Shown: positions 47,292 through 56,222 of the stretch, piece after piece
Layout of the letters: each line of letters starts with the position of its first letter
Numbering within the stretch: the first letter of the stretch is position 1
Assembly: GCA_945878555.1 (NCBI GenBank)
Contig: CAMDWI010000010.1
Span: forward strand, 6,559 to 70,558
DNA length: 64,000 nucleotides
Reading direction: 5' to 3'
Origin: Klebsiella pneumoniae
Lineage (GTDB): Bacteria > Pseudomonadota > Gammaproteobacteria > Eutrophobiales > Eutrophobiaceae
Notes under the pieces: generated by a model
What the model saw: the letters and a program-made list of their open reading frames with translations, nothing else
Databases searched by the model: none
What the model was told of the DNA's origin: nothing
Made by a program: the position numbers and the translations under genes

Positions 47292-48191
47292 TTGGATAGC
47301 AAGCAACTTCTGTTGCAGATCCAGCGTCGGCCCGTCACCTTTGTGCCGGGCAAGAAGGTAGTTAGCATACTGCCTGGCGAGTGGACCAGCCCGTTTTCCG
47401 GCAAGGGGTACGAGCCGATGGGCTATCGTGACTTCCAGCTGGGTGATGATCCGCGCCGGATTAATCTGACCGCCTCTGCAAGACGGGGAATTCCGACCAT
47501 TGTTGAACGTGTCGCGCTGCGTGATTTTAATGTCATGGTTGTGGTCGATGGCTCACCGTCAATGCGGGTGCGGGACAAGATGGAGACCCAGATCAGCGCG
47601 GTCGCGCTACTGTTGTATTCTGCCTGGCAGGCTGAAACTACCTTCAGCTTCGGTATCCGGACTGAAACCGGTATACGCAGTTTTGGCCTCGGTATCGGTT
47701 CGCGCCATTTCTATCATCTTTACCGCGCATTATGGCACTTTTATTCCGGTACCGATGACGGACGCATGAAGGGTGTGCGGGTTCCGTTGAACAGTTGTCT
47801 GCCACCAAATGCGATGCTGCTTTATTGTTCAGACTTTCTTGAGGGCGACGGCAAGCTGATTGATATGGCAAGGTTATGGCGTTCAGTGCAACGATATGAC
47901 TTTATACCCGTAATCATCCAGGATGAACTTGAGTACAGCTTCCCGGACTTGCCTTCGAGTACATTCATACCCTTCTCCAATCCTGAAACCGGTGCAAGGG
48001 AAGAGATCTGGATATCACCGAAAATCGCACGTGACATACGCTCGGTCCATCAGGCGCGTTTTGCCGAGCTTACAGGCATGATGGCATCACGTGGACTCAG
48101 TCCCCTGCATTTTGATTCGGCAAATGTTGAAACACACAGCCGGGAGATTGATCGGTATTTCCGTAAACGCAAGGGCCGGAATGCGGCATGA
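47292..48191 (+). CDS. DUF58-family protein (second copy)
   Basis: TTG start 2 nt after the moxR stop. The DUF58 N-terminal pattern is ...GYRDFQLGDDPRRINLTASARRGIPTIVERV. Confidence 0.65.
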   Translation: MDSKQLLLQIQRRPVTFVPGKKVVSILPGEWTSPFSGKGYEPMGYRDFQLGDDPRRINLTASARRGIPTIVERVALRDFNVMVVVDGSPSMRVRDKMETQISAVALLLYSAWQAETTFSFGIRTETGIRSFGLGIGSRHFYHLYRALWHFYSGTDDGRMKGVRVPLNSCLPPNAMLLYCSDFLEGDGKLIDMARLWRSVQRYDFIPVIIQDELEYSFPDLPSSTFIPFSNPETGAREEIWISPKIARDIRSVHQARFAELTGMMASRGLSPLHFDSANVETHSREIDRYFRKRKGRNAA

Positions 48192-49918
48192 ACAGGATCT
48201 TGTCCGCGCTGGATAGGGTCTCCCTCAGGCTGATGCTGCTACCGGCACTCGCTGTAATGTTTATATGTGGCTTTATCTTCATAGCATCGCTGGGTGGCAC
48301 TGCCGGACATCTGGTCCGCTTCGAGCCACAGCAGTCCGGTGATTTGCCAGCGGATCAGCAAATCGGCGGCTGGGCCAGTCTGGACAAGGACAGCTATATC
48401 CTCGGTGAGCAGGCCGGTTTCAGCATTCGCATTCTGTATCGACCGGCTGCTGTCATCCCTGACTTTGATACCTTCAAACGTAACATCGGCTTTCTGCCGT
48501 TCGATCAGTTAAATTCCAGCGAAACTGAGCACGATATTGGCAAGGGGATCCGCGAGTATAGACTGGAATATACCCTGCATGTGATCGGCGCGAGAAAACC
48601 AGGCAGTTATCCGTTTAATCCCGCCGTGCTTCCGTATTCAAATGCCGGGGCCACAGGCAGTGATCTGCACACACTGAGGATCAACCGCCCGGAACTGCGT
48701 ATCGGCTCGCTCTATCACTGGGATGCGGGACTGATACCATTGCGACCGATCCGCGGTCACATACTGGAACAGCAAGCCTTGCGTCAGTCAGCCATGCTGG
48801 CAGGCGCTGTGGTGTTGTTGAGCATGCTGGCATTTTTACTCTGGCGATACGGAAGGCGCCGTCAACTGCATGAAATGAGCAGCGCTGAACAGCTCTGGTT
48901 CCAGTTCAGGCAACCGCGAGACCCGGCGATGGACAACCGGTCCGTGATGCTGGCATATGAACGGATCTTTACCCGCCTCTTGCAAGAGCAGATATCGATG
49001 GATCCGGAAATGTTCTGGTCCGGTCATCAGCCCGCAGATGATGCCTGGTGCGGCAGTGTCGATCAGGCGAGGACGCTGTTATGGCGTTTGTATCAGCCGG
49101 GAGAAACAGTGGATGACGATGTTCGTCTCATGCATGTATTACTGGCAGACAGGCTTGCTCTCAGTGTAGAGGAACAAAGACTGGTCGTTGAGCAACAACC
49201 TTCATTGATCGAGCGACTGAAGTTGCAACAGTCGGTGGCAACGGTAATTATCATTACAGGCATTAGCGGAGTGTCCCTGCTGGCACTTGCGGTGACGCCT
49301 GACATGTGGCTTGCCTCTGAGGTACGTAATTACAACCAGACTGTTGACCTTATCAATGCGTCCCATGGTTACGACGAAGACCTGTTGCTGGAATTACAGT
49401 CTTTTGCGGCAACTGCGGAGATACCGGAGATCCGGGCAGCGGCTTTTTATAATAGTGGCACGACCCGGGCCAGATACAGTTTTGCTGACAGTGGTCCTGC
49501 GGTCCAGTCCCGGATACTCGAACTGGTGTTTCAGGCAGAGACGGCGGAAGACCTGATGCAGACACTGTTGCTGAGTGAGATGTCTCCTTCGGAAGAAGAC
49601 GTGGTCAAAATGATGATAGCGGCAGCCGAGAAATTGTTGCAGGCCGAACTCGATCTTCAGGCGGCCACACGTGGACTGCGGGCCAGTGACGATGTCCTCA
49701 GAAATCTGGAACTGGTTACACGTTGGCGTCACGCGATTCTTACCCGTCTGTTGCAGTTACGTGAATTGTTCAGTACGAAGCCTGGCGAGGCGGGTGATGA
49801 AGAGATAATTTCAGATCAGGGTGTCGTTGATATTATCAACGCAAAGATACCGGAAGAATATGACGATGCCGAGATGGCCAAAGACAACAGCCACTACATA
49901 ATCTTTGAGCGGTTCTGA
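48188..49918 (+). CDS. Hypothetical membrane protein of the second Bat-like cluster (BatD-like topology)
   Basis: The ATGA overlaps the DUF58 stop. N-terminal TM, then a ~190-aa periplasmic segment, a central TM (AGAVVLLSMLAFLLWRY) and a long helical cytoplasmic domain. This is the same topology as 11007-12011. Confidence 0.5.
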   Translation: MNRILSALDRVSLRLMLLPALAVMFICGFIFIASLGGTAGHLVRFEPQQSGDLPADQQIGGWASLDKDSYILGEQAGFSIRILYRPAAVIPDFDTFKRNIGFLPFDQLNSSETEHDIGKGIREYRLEYTLHVIGARKPGSYPFNPAVLPYSNAGATGSDLHTLRINRPELRIGSLYHWDAGLIPLRPIRGHILEQQALRQSAMLAGAVVLLSMLAFLLWRYGRRRQLHEMSSAEQLWFQFRQPRDPAMDNRSVMLAYERIFTRLLQEQISMDPEMFWSGHQPADDAWCGSVDQARTLLWRLYQPGETVDDDVRLMHVLLADRLALSVEEQRLVVEQQPSLIERLKLQQSVATVIIITGISGVSLLALAVTPDMWLASEVRNYNQTVDLINASHGYDEDLLLELQSFAATAEIPEIRAAAFYNSGTTRARYSFADSGPAVQSRILELVFQAETAEDLMQTLLLSEMSPSEEDVVKMMIAAAEKLLQAELDLQAATRGLRASDDVLRNLELVTRWRHAILTRLLQLRELFSTKPGEAGDEEIISDQGVVDIINAKIPEEYDDAEMAKDNSHYIIFERF

Positions 49919-49927
49919 CAGGGCAGT

Positions 49928-50992
49928 ATGAACGCGCTGGCAGCGATAGTTGAATCAATCAGTTTCGCTACTCCCGAACTGGCGCTTTTGATATTGCCGC
50001 TGGTAATGATATTGATATGGCAGTTGTATGGGGATCGGAGGCTCGGTGCCCTGCAGCTTACCGGGCTTGAATATCTGGCAGGCTCCGGCATACGCAACAG
50101 CCAATCCAGAAAACGGTTACAGGTTGCGATGCGGTGCGTGATGGTTGCCGGGCTGGGACTCTTGCTCGCCGGGCCTGTTTATCGCTCCGCCACACCACTG
50201 TTTTCCCAGGATACCAGGGTATTACAAAGGAATTTTGTGGTGGCGTTTGATATGTCACCGTCGATGAATCTCCCTGCCAGTTCGAAAGGTTTTGGTGGTG
50301 ATGATTTGAAGGAAGGTGATGGTGGTGTTACCCGTTATGAGATGGCCAGAGATGCATTTCACGATTTTCTGGACAGGTTTCGGGGCGAGCGATTTGGACT
50401 GATCCTGTTCAGCACCGAACCCTTTTTTGCACGCTGGCCGACGATTGAGACGGAGAACCGTTTTGATGAGGTGCTGGAAAGCATACGACGTGGGTCGGGT
50501 ACCCAGCTGGAGGCGTTTTCCTCACTGACAAATATTGACAAGGGTTTGCTGATGGCACGCAAGGCCTTTAATGGAGAGGAAGGCGCGATCATCCTGATTT
50601 CAGATGCAGAGGACGATCTGGAGAACCTGGGGCGTGGTGTGCGTAGCCTGCGCCAGGCCGGAATTCGTTTATATACACTGGGGGTTGGAATACCGGACGA
50701 TATCCTGGCAAGGATATCGCAGGAATTTGCCGCGGACCCGGGTTTCCGGATATTCCGTGCAGATTCCGGGCAGGACATGGAAGAGGCCTATCGTGTTGTC
50801 AGCGAGATTGAGGAGTCGCCACAGTTTGTTGATGAGACCCGGGTCTTTGAGACGGATTTACGGGCCCCGTTAGCTGCACTACTCGCAATAATTGCGGTCT
50901 TGTTGCTAGTCATCAATGAAGTTATGTTCCATCAGACTGTTAGCATGAAACTATCATCCCGCCCTGTACTGAAGGTCAGCGATGGGTTTTGA
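49928..50992 (+). CDS. VWA-domain membrane protein (BatA-like, second cluster)
   Basis: N-terminal TMs, then a VWA domain with MIDAS FVVAFDMSPSMN, and a C-terminal TM (LAALLAIIAVLLLVI). Confidence 0.75.
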   Translation: MNALAAIVESISFATPELALLILPLVMILIWQLYGDRRLGALQLTGLEYLAGSGIRNSQSRKRLQVAMRCVMVAGLGLLLAGPVYRSATPLFSQDTRVLQRNFVVAFDMSPSMNLPASSKGFGGDDLKEGDGGVTRYEMARDAFHDFLDRFRGERFGLILFSTEPFFARWPTIETENRFDEVLESIRRGSGTQLEAFSSLTNIDKGLLMARKAFNGEEGAIILISDAEDDLENLGRGVRSLRQAGIRLYTLGVGIPDDILARISQEFAADPGFRIFRADSGQDMEEAYRVVSEIEESPQFVDETRVFETDLRAPLAALLAIIAVLLLVINEVMFHQTVSMKLSSRPVLKVSDGF

Positions 50993-51953
50993 TTATCCCT
51001 GGGTCCTGGCCCTGTTTGCAATGCTCGTACCACTGGTATGGGCGATGCGCAAGAGCGGGACAGTGACCAGGACAATACTGCTGAAGTTCCGCAGTGCGCC
51101 ACCGACATCCCGTTATTTCAGGTTGCGTAATCTATTTACCATTCTGTTTACTTCTGCGCTGGTGCTTGTCGGTGCAGGTCCGTATATCGAACCACAACAG
51201 ACAGCTGACTACCTGTTTCTGGTTGATACCTCACGCAGCATGCATGCACGCAACTCCTGTGACGAACCGACGTTTCTGGATCGCGCAAAAAATGTCATGT
51301 TCGATGTGATGGATGATGTACCCGAAGCCAGATTCGGAATCGTGGCCTTTGACAGGCTGGCTTTCCCGGTAACACAGCTGACCTTTAATCACAGTTATCT
51401 CCGCTCTGCCATCAATAACGGTGTGTTTGTAGGCATGACCTACCGGGCGACTGACACGGATCTGTTCAACGCACTAAAAGTGATTGCTGCCAAAAAGCAG
51501 ACCATGCCGGAGTTGTATGGAAATGTCGAATATGCCGTGCTGATAAGTGATGGTTATCTGGATGAAGAGGACTGGCGACAGAATATGGAACAGCCAATGA
51601 AGGACCTTTTGGCGTCCGGTATTACGCTTCTGGTCGTTGGTGTGGGTAATCCTGTCGACACACCAATCCCGGTAACGGATATTGATGAGGTATGCAGTGA
51701 TGCCCTGACTGAAATCGATGGCAAGACCATCCGGATCCCGTTGCGCAAGGATATCCTGCAGACTATCGCTGCAGGCGGGCAGGGTGAATATTTTGATGAG
51801 ACGACCACGGGGGAGCTGGTCAACTATCTGCGTGGCCGAACCCTGAAACAGGCGACCGATGATGTGCAGTTCGGAACCGATCAGCGTAAAAATATCGGAC
51901 TGATGTTTTTGTATCCGGCAACGCTGGCGCTGGCCGGTTTGTTACTTCTGTAG
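50982..51953 (+). CDS. VWA-domain membrane protein (BatB-like, second cluster)
   Basis: Overlaps the upstream gene by 11 nt. VWA MIDAS motif YLFLVDTSRSMH, with N- and C-terminal TMs. Confidence 0.75.
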   Translation: MGFDYPWVLALFAMLVPLVWAMRKSGTVTRTILLKFRSAPPTSRYFRLRNLFTILFTSALVLVGAGPYIEPQQTADYLFLVDTSRSMHARNSCDEPTFLDRAKNVMFDVMDDVPEARFGIVAFDRLAFPVTQLTFNHSYLRSAINNGVFVGMTYRATDTDLFNALKVIAAKKQTMPELYGNVEYAVLISDGYLDEEDWRQNMEQPMKDLLASGITLLVVGVGNPVDTPIPVTDIDEVCSDALTEIDGKTIRIPLRKDILQTIAAGGQGEYFDETTTGELVNYLRGRTLKQATDDVQFGTDQRKNIGLMFLYPATLALAGLLLL

Positions 51954-51973
51954 AAAGTCAGGTAGCCGCCGGT

Positions 51974-53332
51974 CTACGGACTCCGACCTGCAGCCCTGAA
52001 TTCGGGTATTGTTTCATTCAGAATGGCCAGAATGGCAGTGCGGTCTACCGTATTTAGGTGGGTAAACTCATCCGTGTCCTTGTTCTCGAGGATCGTAGCC
52101 AGTCTCTGATAGATATGCTGTTTGACCAGAACAGGCAGATTATCAAATGCAGCTGAATAGATCAGATAACTGAGCGGATAACGGAATAATCTGGTTTTCA
52201 GGTCAAATTCGCGCAAGGAACGCCCCTGACTGTCACTCGGACCGAGTCCGGTGAACCATTCCGCATAAGCGGGATTACCTTCTAACGTGTCTGTCAGTGG
52301 TACCTCATCTGCCATCAACAACGCCCCGATCAGTGGTGCGGAAATATCATTTATTAACCGGGCAACAACCTCAGGGATTTTATTAATGTCCTGTCCGGAC
52401 CCCGCCAGTAATTCCGGGTTTCCGTTCAGTGCAGAGCGAATGTCATAATTGACCCGTGTAATCAGGTTCTGTACTTCAACCTGATGTTCAATCACCATCA
52501 ATGCGACAATATCACTGGTTTTAGCGGGATACGGATCGGTATTCAGCAGTGTATCCAGACTTGTGACGTTGCCGATTCGCAGGCTCTCCAGCTGGAACAG
52601 GTCAGCAGGGTCATTTACGGCGATATTACCCAGATGAACCTGTTTACCGTGTTTGCCGGTCACATACCATCCGCCCCATCGGCTTTCCAGCGGGGTAGAG
52701 GTGTCTGTGAGTATCCAGCCTTCATGCGATACCAGATTACCATTCGCACCGGTATAACCTGAACCGAGGATAAAGCGAGGTACACCTCCTCCCGTCATTG
52801 AATAGGAATCGTGACAACGCAGACACTGGCCGGTTTCTTGTACAAACCGGGGGGTCGACTCTGCGTTCTGCTCAAGTGTATAAAATACCGGACCCAGATG
52901 CGGATCCATCGACGCAATTTCGAGCACACCCGATCCGGGCACCATTGCGATATAGGTTGTGTCGTTAAAATAGATGGCCCGGGGCGTTTTCGGTGTGATA
53001 TTCGCGATATTCAGACTGGTACGGGAAAATACCAGTACTTGTGAGGCTGGACTGATCTTTAGTGATTCCAGCAGAGCATCCAGGTAACCCCTGTCTGCAT
53101 GAAATTTCAGTCCGGAATTATTACCTGTTTCAATTGTGGCTATCGGATCGGTACGTGCTGTACTTGAATAACGCATGACACCGTACTCGATATCACTTTC
53201 TGTGTCGGAGTCAGACCCATACGGTGAGGAGGAGTTATCATTTGATTGTCCTGCCACAGGGAGTCCGCTCAGCAACAGTCCCATCGACAGGAAGATTGAC
53301 ATCATTCTTGAATAGCAGGTATCAGGTGTCAT
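51974..53332 (-). CDS. Hypothetical secreted protein with a single CxxCH heme-binding motif
   Basis: ORF 51974..53380 (TTG). I prefer the in-frame ATG at 53332 (MTPDTCYSRMMSIFLSMGLLLSGLPVAGQ is a signal peptide), but the start is uncertain. The internal motif GQCLRCHDS reads as CxxCH. It is immediately downstream of, and co-oriented with, the cytochrome c gene. Confidence 0.5.
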   Translation of the reverse strand: MTPDTCYSRMMSIFLSMGLLLSGLPVAGQSNDNSSSPYGSDSDTESDIEYGVMRYSSTARTDPIATIETGNNSGLKFHADRGYLDALLESLKISPASQVLVFSRTSLNIANITPKTPRAIYFNDTTYIAMVPGSGVLEIASMDPHLGPVFYTLEQNAESTPRFVQETGQCLRCHDSYSMTGGGVPRFILGSGYTGANGNLVSHEGWILTDTSTPLESRWGGWYVTGKHGKQVHLGNIAVNDPADLFQLESLRIGNVTSLDTLLNTDPYPAKTSDIVALMVIEHQVEVQNLITRVNYDIRSALNGNPELLAGSGQDINKIPEVVARLINDISAPLIGALLMADEVPLTDTLEGNPAYAEWFTGLGPSDSQGRSLREFDLKTRLFRYPLSYLIYSAAFDNLPVLVKQHIYQRLATILENKDTDEFTHLNTVDRTAILAILNETIPEFRAAGRSP

Positions 53333-53459
53333 CAGTATAAATGGGTCAGGACAAACCGGTTTATCGGGGTATCTATACAAGACCGGCCTGACAGGTATCG
53401 CTCCTGCAGGCCGGTTTGTGTGTCATCGCCAAGTCTCCGGTCAAGAGACTTGTGTCCGC

Positions 53460-53774
53460 TTATTTGCCTCCGGAGAGGTATTCAGCCAGATGCTCGATAT
53501 CTTCATCAGTCAGTGTGCTAGCCATCGGATTCATGGTCGGCCCTGCACGTTCGCCGCTACGGAAAGCAGTCAATTGTGTCTGAATATAGGCTTTTTCAAG
53601 CCCTGCCAGCTTGGGAAACATTTCCGGCGCCTGGCTGTCACCCGCAGGTCCGTGACAACCGACACATCCCTTGGACAAATAGGTAGCTTCACCAGCAGCG
53701 GCGTCCGCCTGTACAGTAGATATTGCAGAGACGGTAAGTAGTCCTGACATAAACAGAACGTGTATGCTTTTCAT
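53460..53774 (-). CDS. Class I c-type cytochrome (mono-haem, c-551/c-552-like)
   Basis: 104 aa with a signal peptide. The heme-binding CxxCH is SKGCVGCHG, with a downstream Met ligand candidate (GPTMNPM). The size is typical. Confidence 0.8.
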   Translation of the reverse strand: MKSIHVLFMSGLLTVSAISTVQADAAAGEATYLSKGCVGCHGPAGDSQAPEMFPKLAGLEKAYIQTQLTAFRSGERAGPTMNPMASTLTDEDIEHLAEYLSGGK

Positions 53775-54293
53775 CAGATTTCCTCAGTAATGTAGTTCAA
53801 AAAATTTGGTCCGGTACATCAGTAGGCTGCAAATTGCCTAACCCCTGTCCAGTTCATCAATTAGGCTGTTACAGCTCCAATCAGTTCATGACAAACCTGC
53901 TTTTTTTTGTTTATCAGGTCTGCCTGCAACTACGCCGGGTAATATTCTACTTTATCATGCACGGATTAAACAGGGGGTATCCCGGTCTGTATCACAGGAT
54001 TGTGACCTGGGGTGGAGAATTACCCTGTTCAGGTGTTTTTACGCATTCTGGACAGTTCCTCCTGTCAGATATCATCTTTGTCCCATAAATAATGGTTGCT
54101 AAAGAATCTGGCGAGGTCGTAGTATTTGCGAGGCAAAATTACACTGGCTGGATCTATATAAACAGGTTCAGTTTTTTTAAGTGAGGTGAGGCGCCTTGAA
54201 TCGCAAATATTGGGGGGCAGCGTACACAGATTTTGCAGAGGCGGGTCCGGGTGAGACCTGGCCATCTGAATATCATTCTACGAGGAGGGAGTT

Positions 54294-55265
54294 ATGGGAT
54301 TAATGGGTAAAATAAGCGGTCATACCGCAAAAAGGGGTGTTTTTTCAGCATTTTTATTGACAACTTGTGCACTGTCGGTATTTCTGAGTACCAACGTGTC
54401 AGCCCAGTTGACACCTGACAGACTGGATTCCGCAAATCGTGCCAACAACGAGGATCAGACTCCGCGCGATCCGATCCAGATTGCCAGCAATATCTGGTGG
54501 GTTGGTCATTCGGAAGTCGGTTCATTTCTGATAACTACCTCGGAAGGCCTGATCCTGATGGACACTACGTCGCCTGAACACGTGACATGGGTAATCGACA
54601 GTATCAAGAAGGCCGGTTTCAAACTTGAGGACATCAAGTATATTCTCAATTCACATCCTCATGCAGAACATATAGGAGGCCTGGCCCAGTTCAAAAAGGT
54701 CGCACCGAATGCAAAGGTAGTAACCTCGGCAGGAACAGCGGCAATCATTGCCAGCGGCGGTAAAAGCGATTTTCGCAATATGATGCAGGGTGATGAGGGG
54801 GCGGAATACTTCGAGCCGGTTCAGGTGGATGCCACGATTGGTGATATGGAAGAGATAAAACTCGGTGATGTGACCCTTGTTGCTCATATTACATCAGGCC
54901 ATACCCCAGGAGCCACAACCTGGACGATGAAGGTCATGGACAACGGTAAGGAATACAATGCTGTTTACATGAGTGGCATGTCAGCCTCGGGCGTCGACCG
55001 CGGCCCACTTATAAAGAACGAACTTTATCCGGAAATAGCAGATGACTTTGAAAAATCCTTTGCACATCTGAAGACGCTGCAGTGTGATTTCTATTTGTAT
55101 GCACGTGCGTCATCAATTGATCTGGACAAGAAAGTCGCCCTGAAAAAAGAGGGCAGCACCGCCGAAAATCCGTTTATTGACCCGGCAGGCTGCGCACATT
55201 ACATCAATTTTTATGAATCCAGATACAGAAAGCAGCTTGAAGAGGAACAGGCTGCCAAGATGTAG
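54294..55265 (+). CDS. Secreted metallo-beta-lactamase-fold hydrolase (subclass B3-like)
   Basis: RBS GAGGAGGGAG with a signal peptide. The motif NSHPHAEHIGG is an HxHxDH-type variant with Glu at the Asp position. Downstream His motifs are VAHITSGHTPGATTW. Confidence 0.7.
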   Translation: MGLMGKISGHTAKRGVFSAFLLTTCALSVFLSTNVSAQLTPDRLDSANRANNEDQTPRDPIQIASNIWWVGHSEVGSFLITTSEGLILMDTTSPEHVTWVIDSIKKAGFKLEDIKYILNSHPHAEHIGGLAQFKKVAPNAKVVTSAGTAAIIASGGKSDFRNMMQGDEGAEYFEPVQVDATIGDMEEIKLGDVTLVAHITSGHTPGATTWTMKVMDNGKEYNAVYMSGMSASGVDRGPLIKNELYPEIADDFEKSFAHLKTLQCDFYLYARASSIDLDKKVALKKEGSTAENPFIDPAGCAHYINFYESRYRKQLEEEQAAKM

Positions 55266-55374
55266 TCAGGACCGTGTCATTACGGGAAGATAGATGGAAA
55301 AATCCTGACTGCAGCGGCCTCGTGCCGCTGCAGTCAGTTTGGAACAGGCAAAAGTACAGGAGCCGGGGGTGCGT

Positions 55375-55899
55375 ATGAGCATATACAACACAGTAAAAAG
55401 CATTACAGGAATACTTCTGGCGTTCGGACCCGTGCTGGTGTGGGGGCATGCCCAGTTACTCGTGGCTCCAGCACCGGATGATCCGACACCAACAGCCTTT
55501 GTTTCACCCCTCCCTCGGGAAGATAACGTTCGTATGAAGGACTTGTTGCCGTGCGGTGGATTTCGCTCACAGCCGCCGGCCAGCGTAAAAGGGGAACCGC
55601 AGCGGTCATATACCACGGGTTCTACCATACGGGTACAGTGGAAGGAAACCAATGACCATACTGGTGTATGGCGTATCGATTTATCTGCAGATGAAGAAAA
55701 ATCATGGCAAGTCCTGTTCAATATGAAGGATGGTGCTGATGGGGAAATCAGTGAAGAAGCGCCAAAGTATTACTGGGCAGATATTACCCTGCCCTCCGGG
55801 ATAAAGTGTAAAAACTGCACGTTTCGCCTCACCCAGTCAATGGGGGAAATTGATGATGGAAATGACTATTTCTCCTGTGCGGATATCACAATAAATTGA
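55375..55899 (+). CDS. Small secreted hypothetical protein (predicted mature N-terminus begins with His)
   Basis: ORF 55339 (TTG)..55899; I prefer the ATG at 55375, downstream of AGGAG/GGGGG. Signal peptide MSIYNTVKSITGILLAFGPVLVWG; the predicted cleavage site VWG|HAQ leaves a His at +1. I recognise no family. Confidence 0.5.
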   Translation: MSIYNTVKSITGILLAFGPVLVWGHAQLLVAPAPDDPTPTAFVSPLPREDNVRMKDLLPCGGFRSQPPASVKGEPQRSYTTGSTIRVQWKETNDHTGVWRIDLSADEEKSWQVLFNMKDGADGEISEEAPKYYWADITLPSGIKCKNCTFRLTQSMGEIDDGNDYFSCADITIN

Positions 55900-56222
55900 C
55901 GAATGTATGAGTCGGATGAAATGACTTTTCGCCCGGGACTATCAGGTGGTGCAGGTTAATATGCAGACGGGACAGCGTCCGCTCAAATCCATTATTGTTT
56001 GATTTGGATCAAAAACGGAATTGCTTGTTTATATATACTTTAGGCTGGGCATCTTCAGCAAAACACACCAGACAGATGCTAAGATGTTGAATTGTATATA
56101 AAATTTGTTTTTCTGAACCTGTCTGCTTCTCATCGAAATGTGATAGCAGCTTAGTGAACAACTATAAAATATGTAGTAGACTGGTCGCGATTTATTCAGT
56201 AACAATTTTGGAGGGGTTTTAC

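Noticed and set aside
56154-56222. Upstream GTG start (56154) for the large CxxCH protein
   Set aside because: The GTG at 56223 has a GGAGG RBS at the correct spacing and yields a clean signal peptide. The 23 extra N-terminal residues from 56154 have no RBS and disrupt the signal-peptide n-region.
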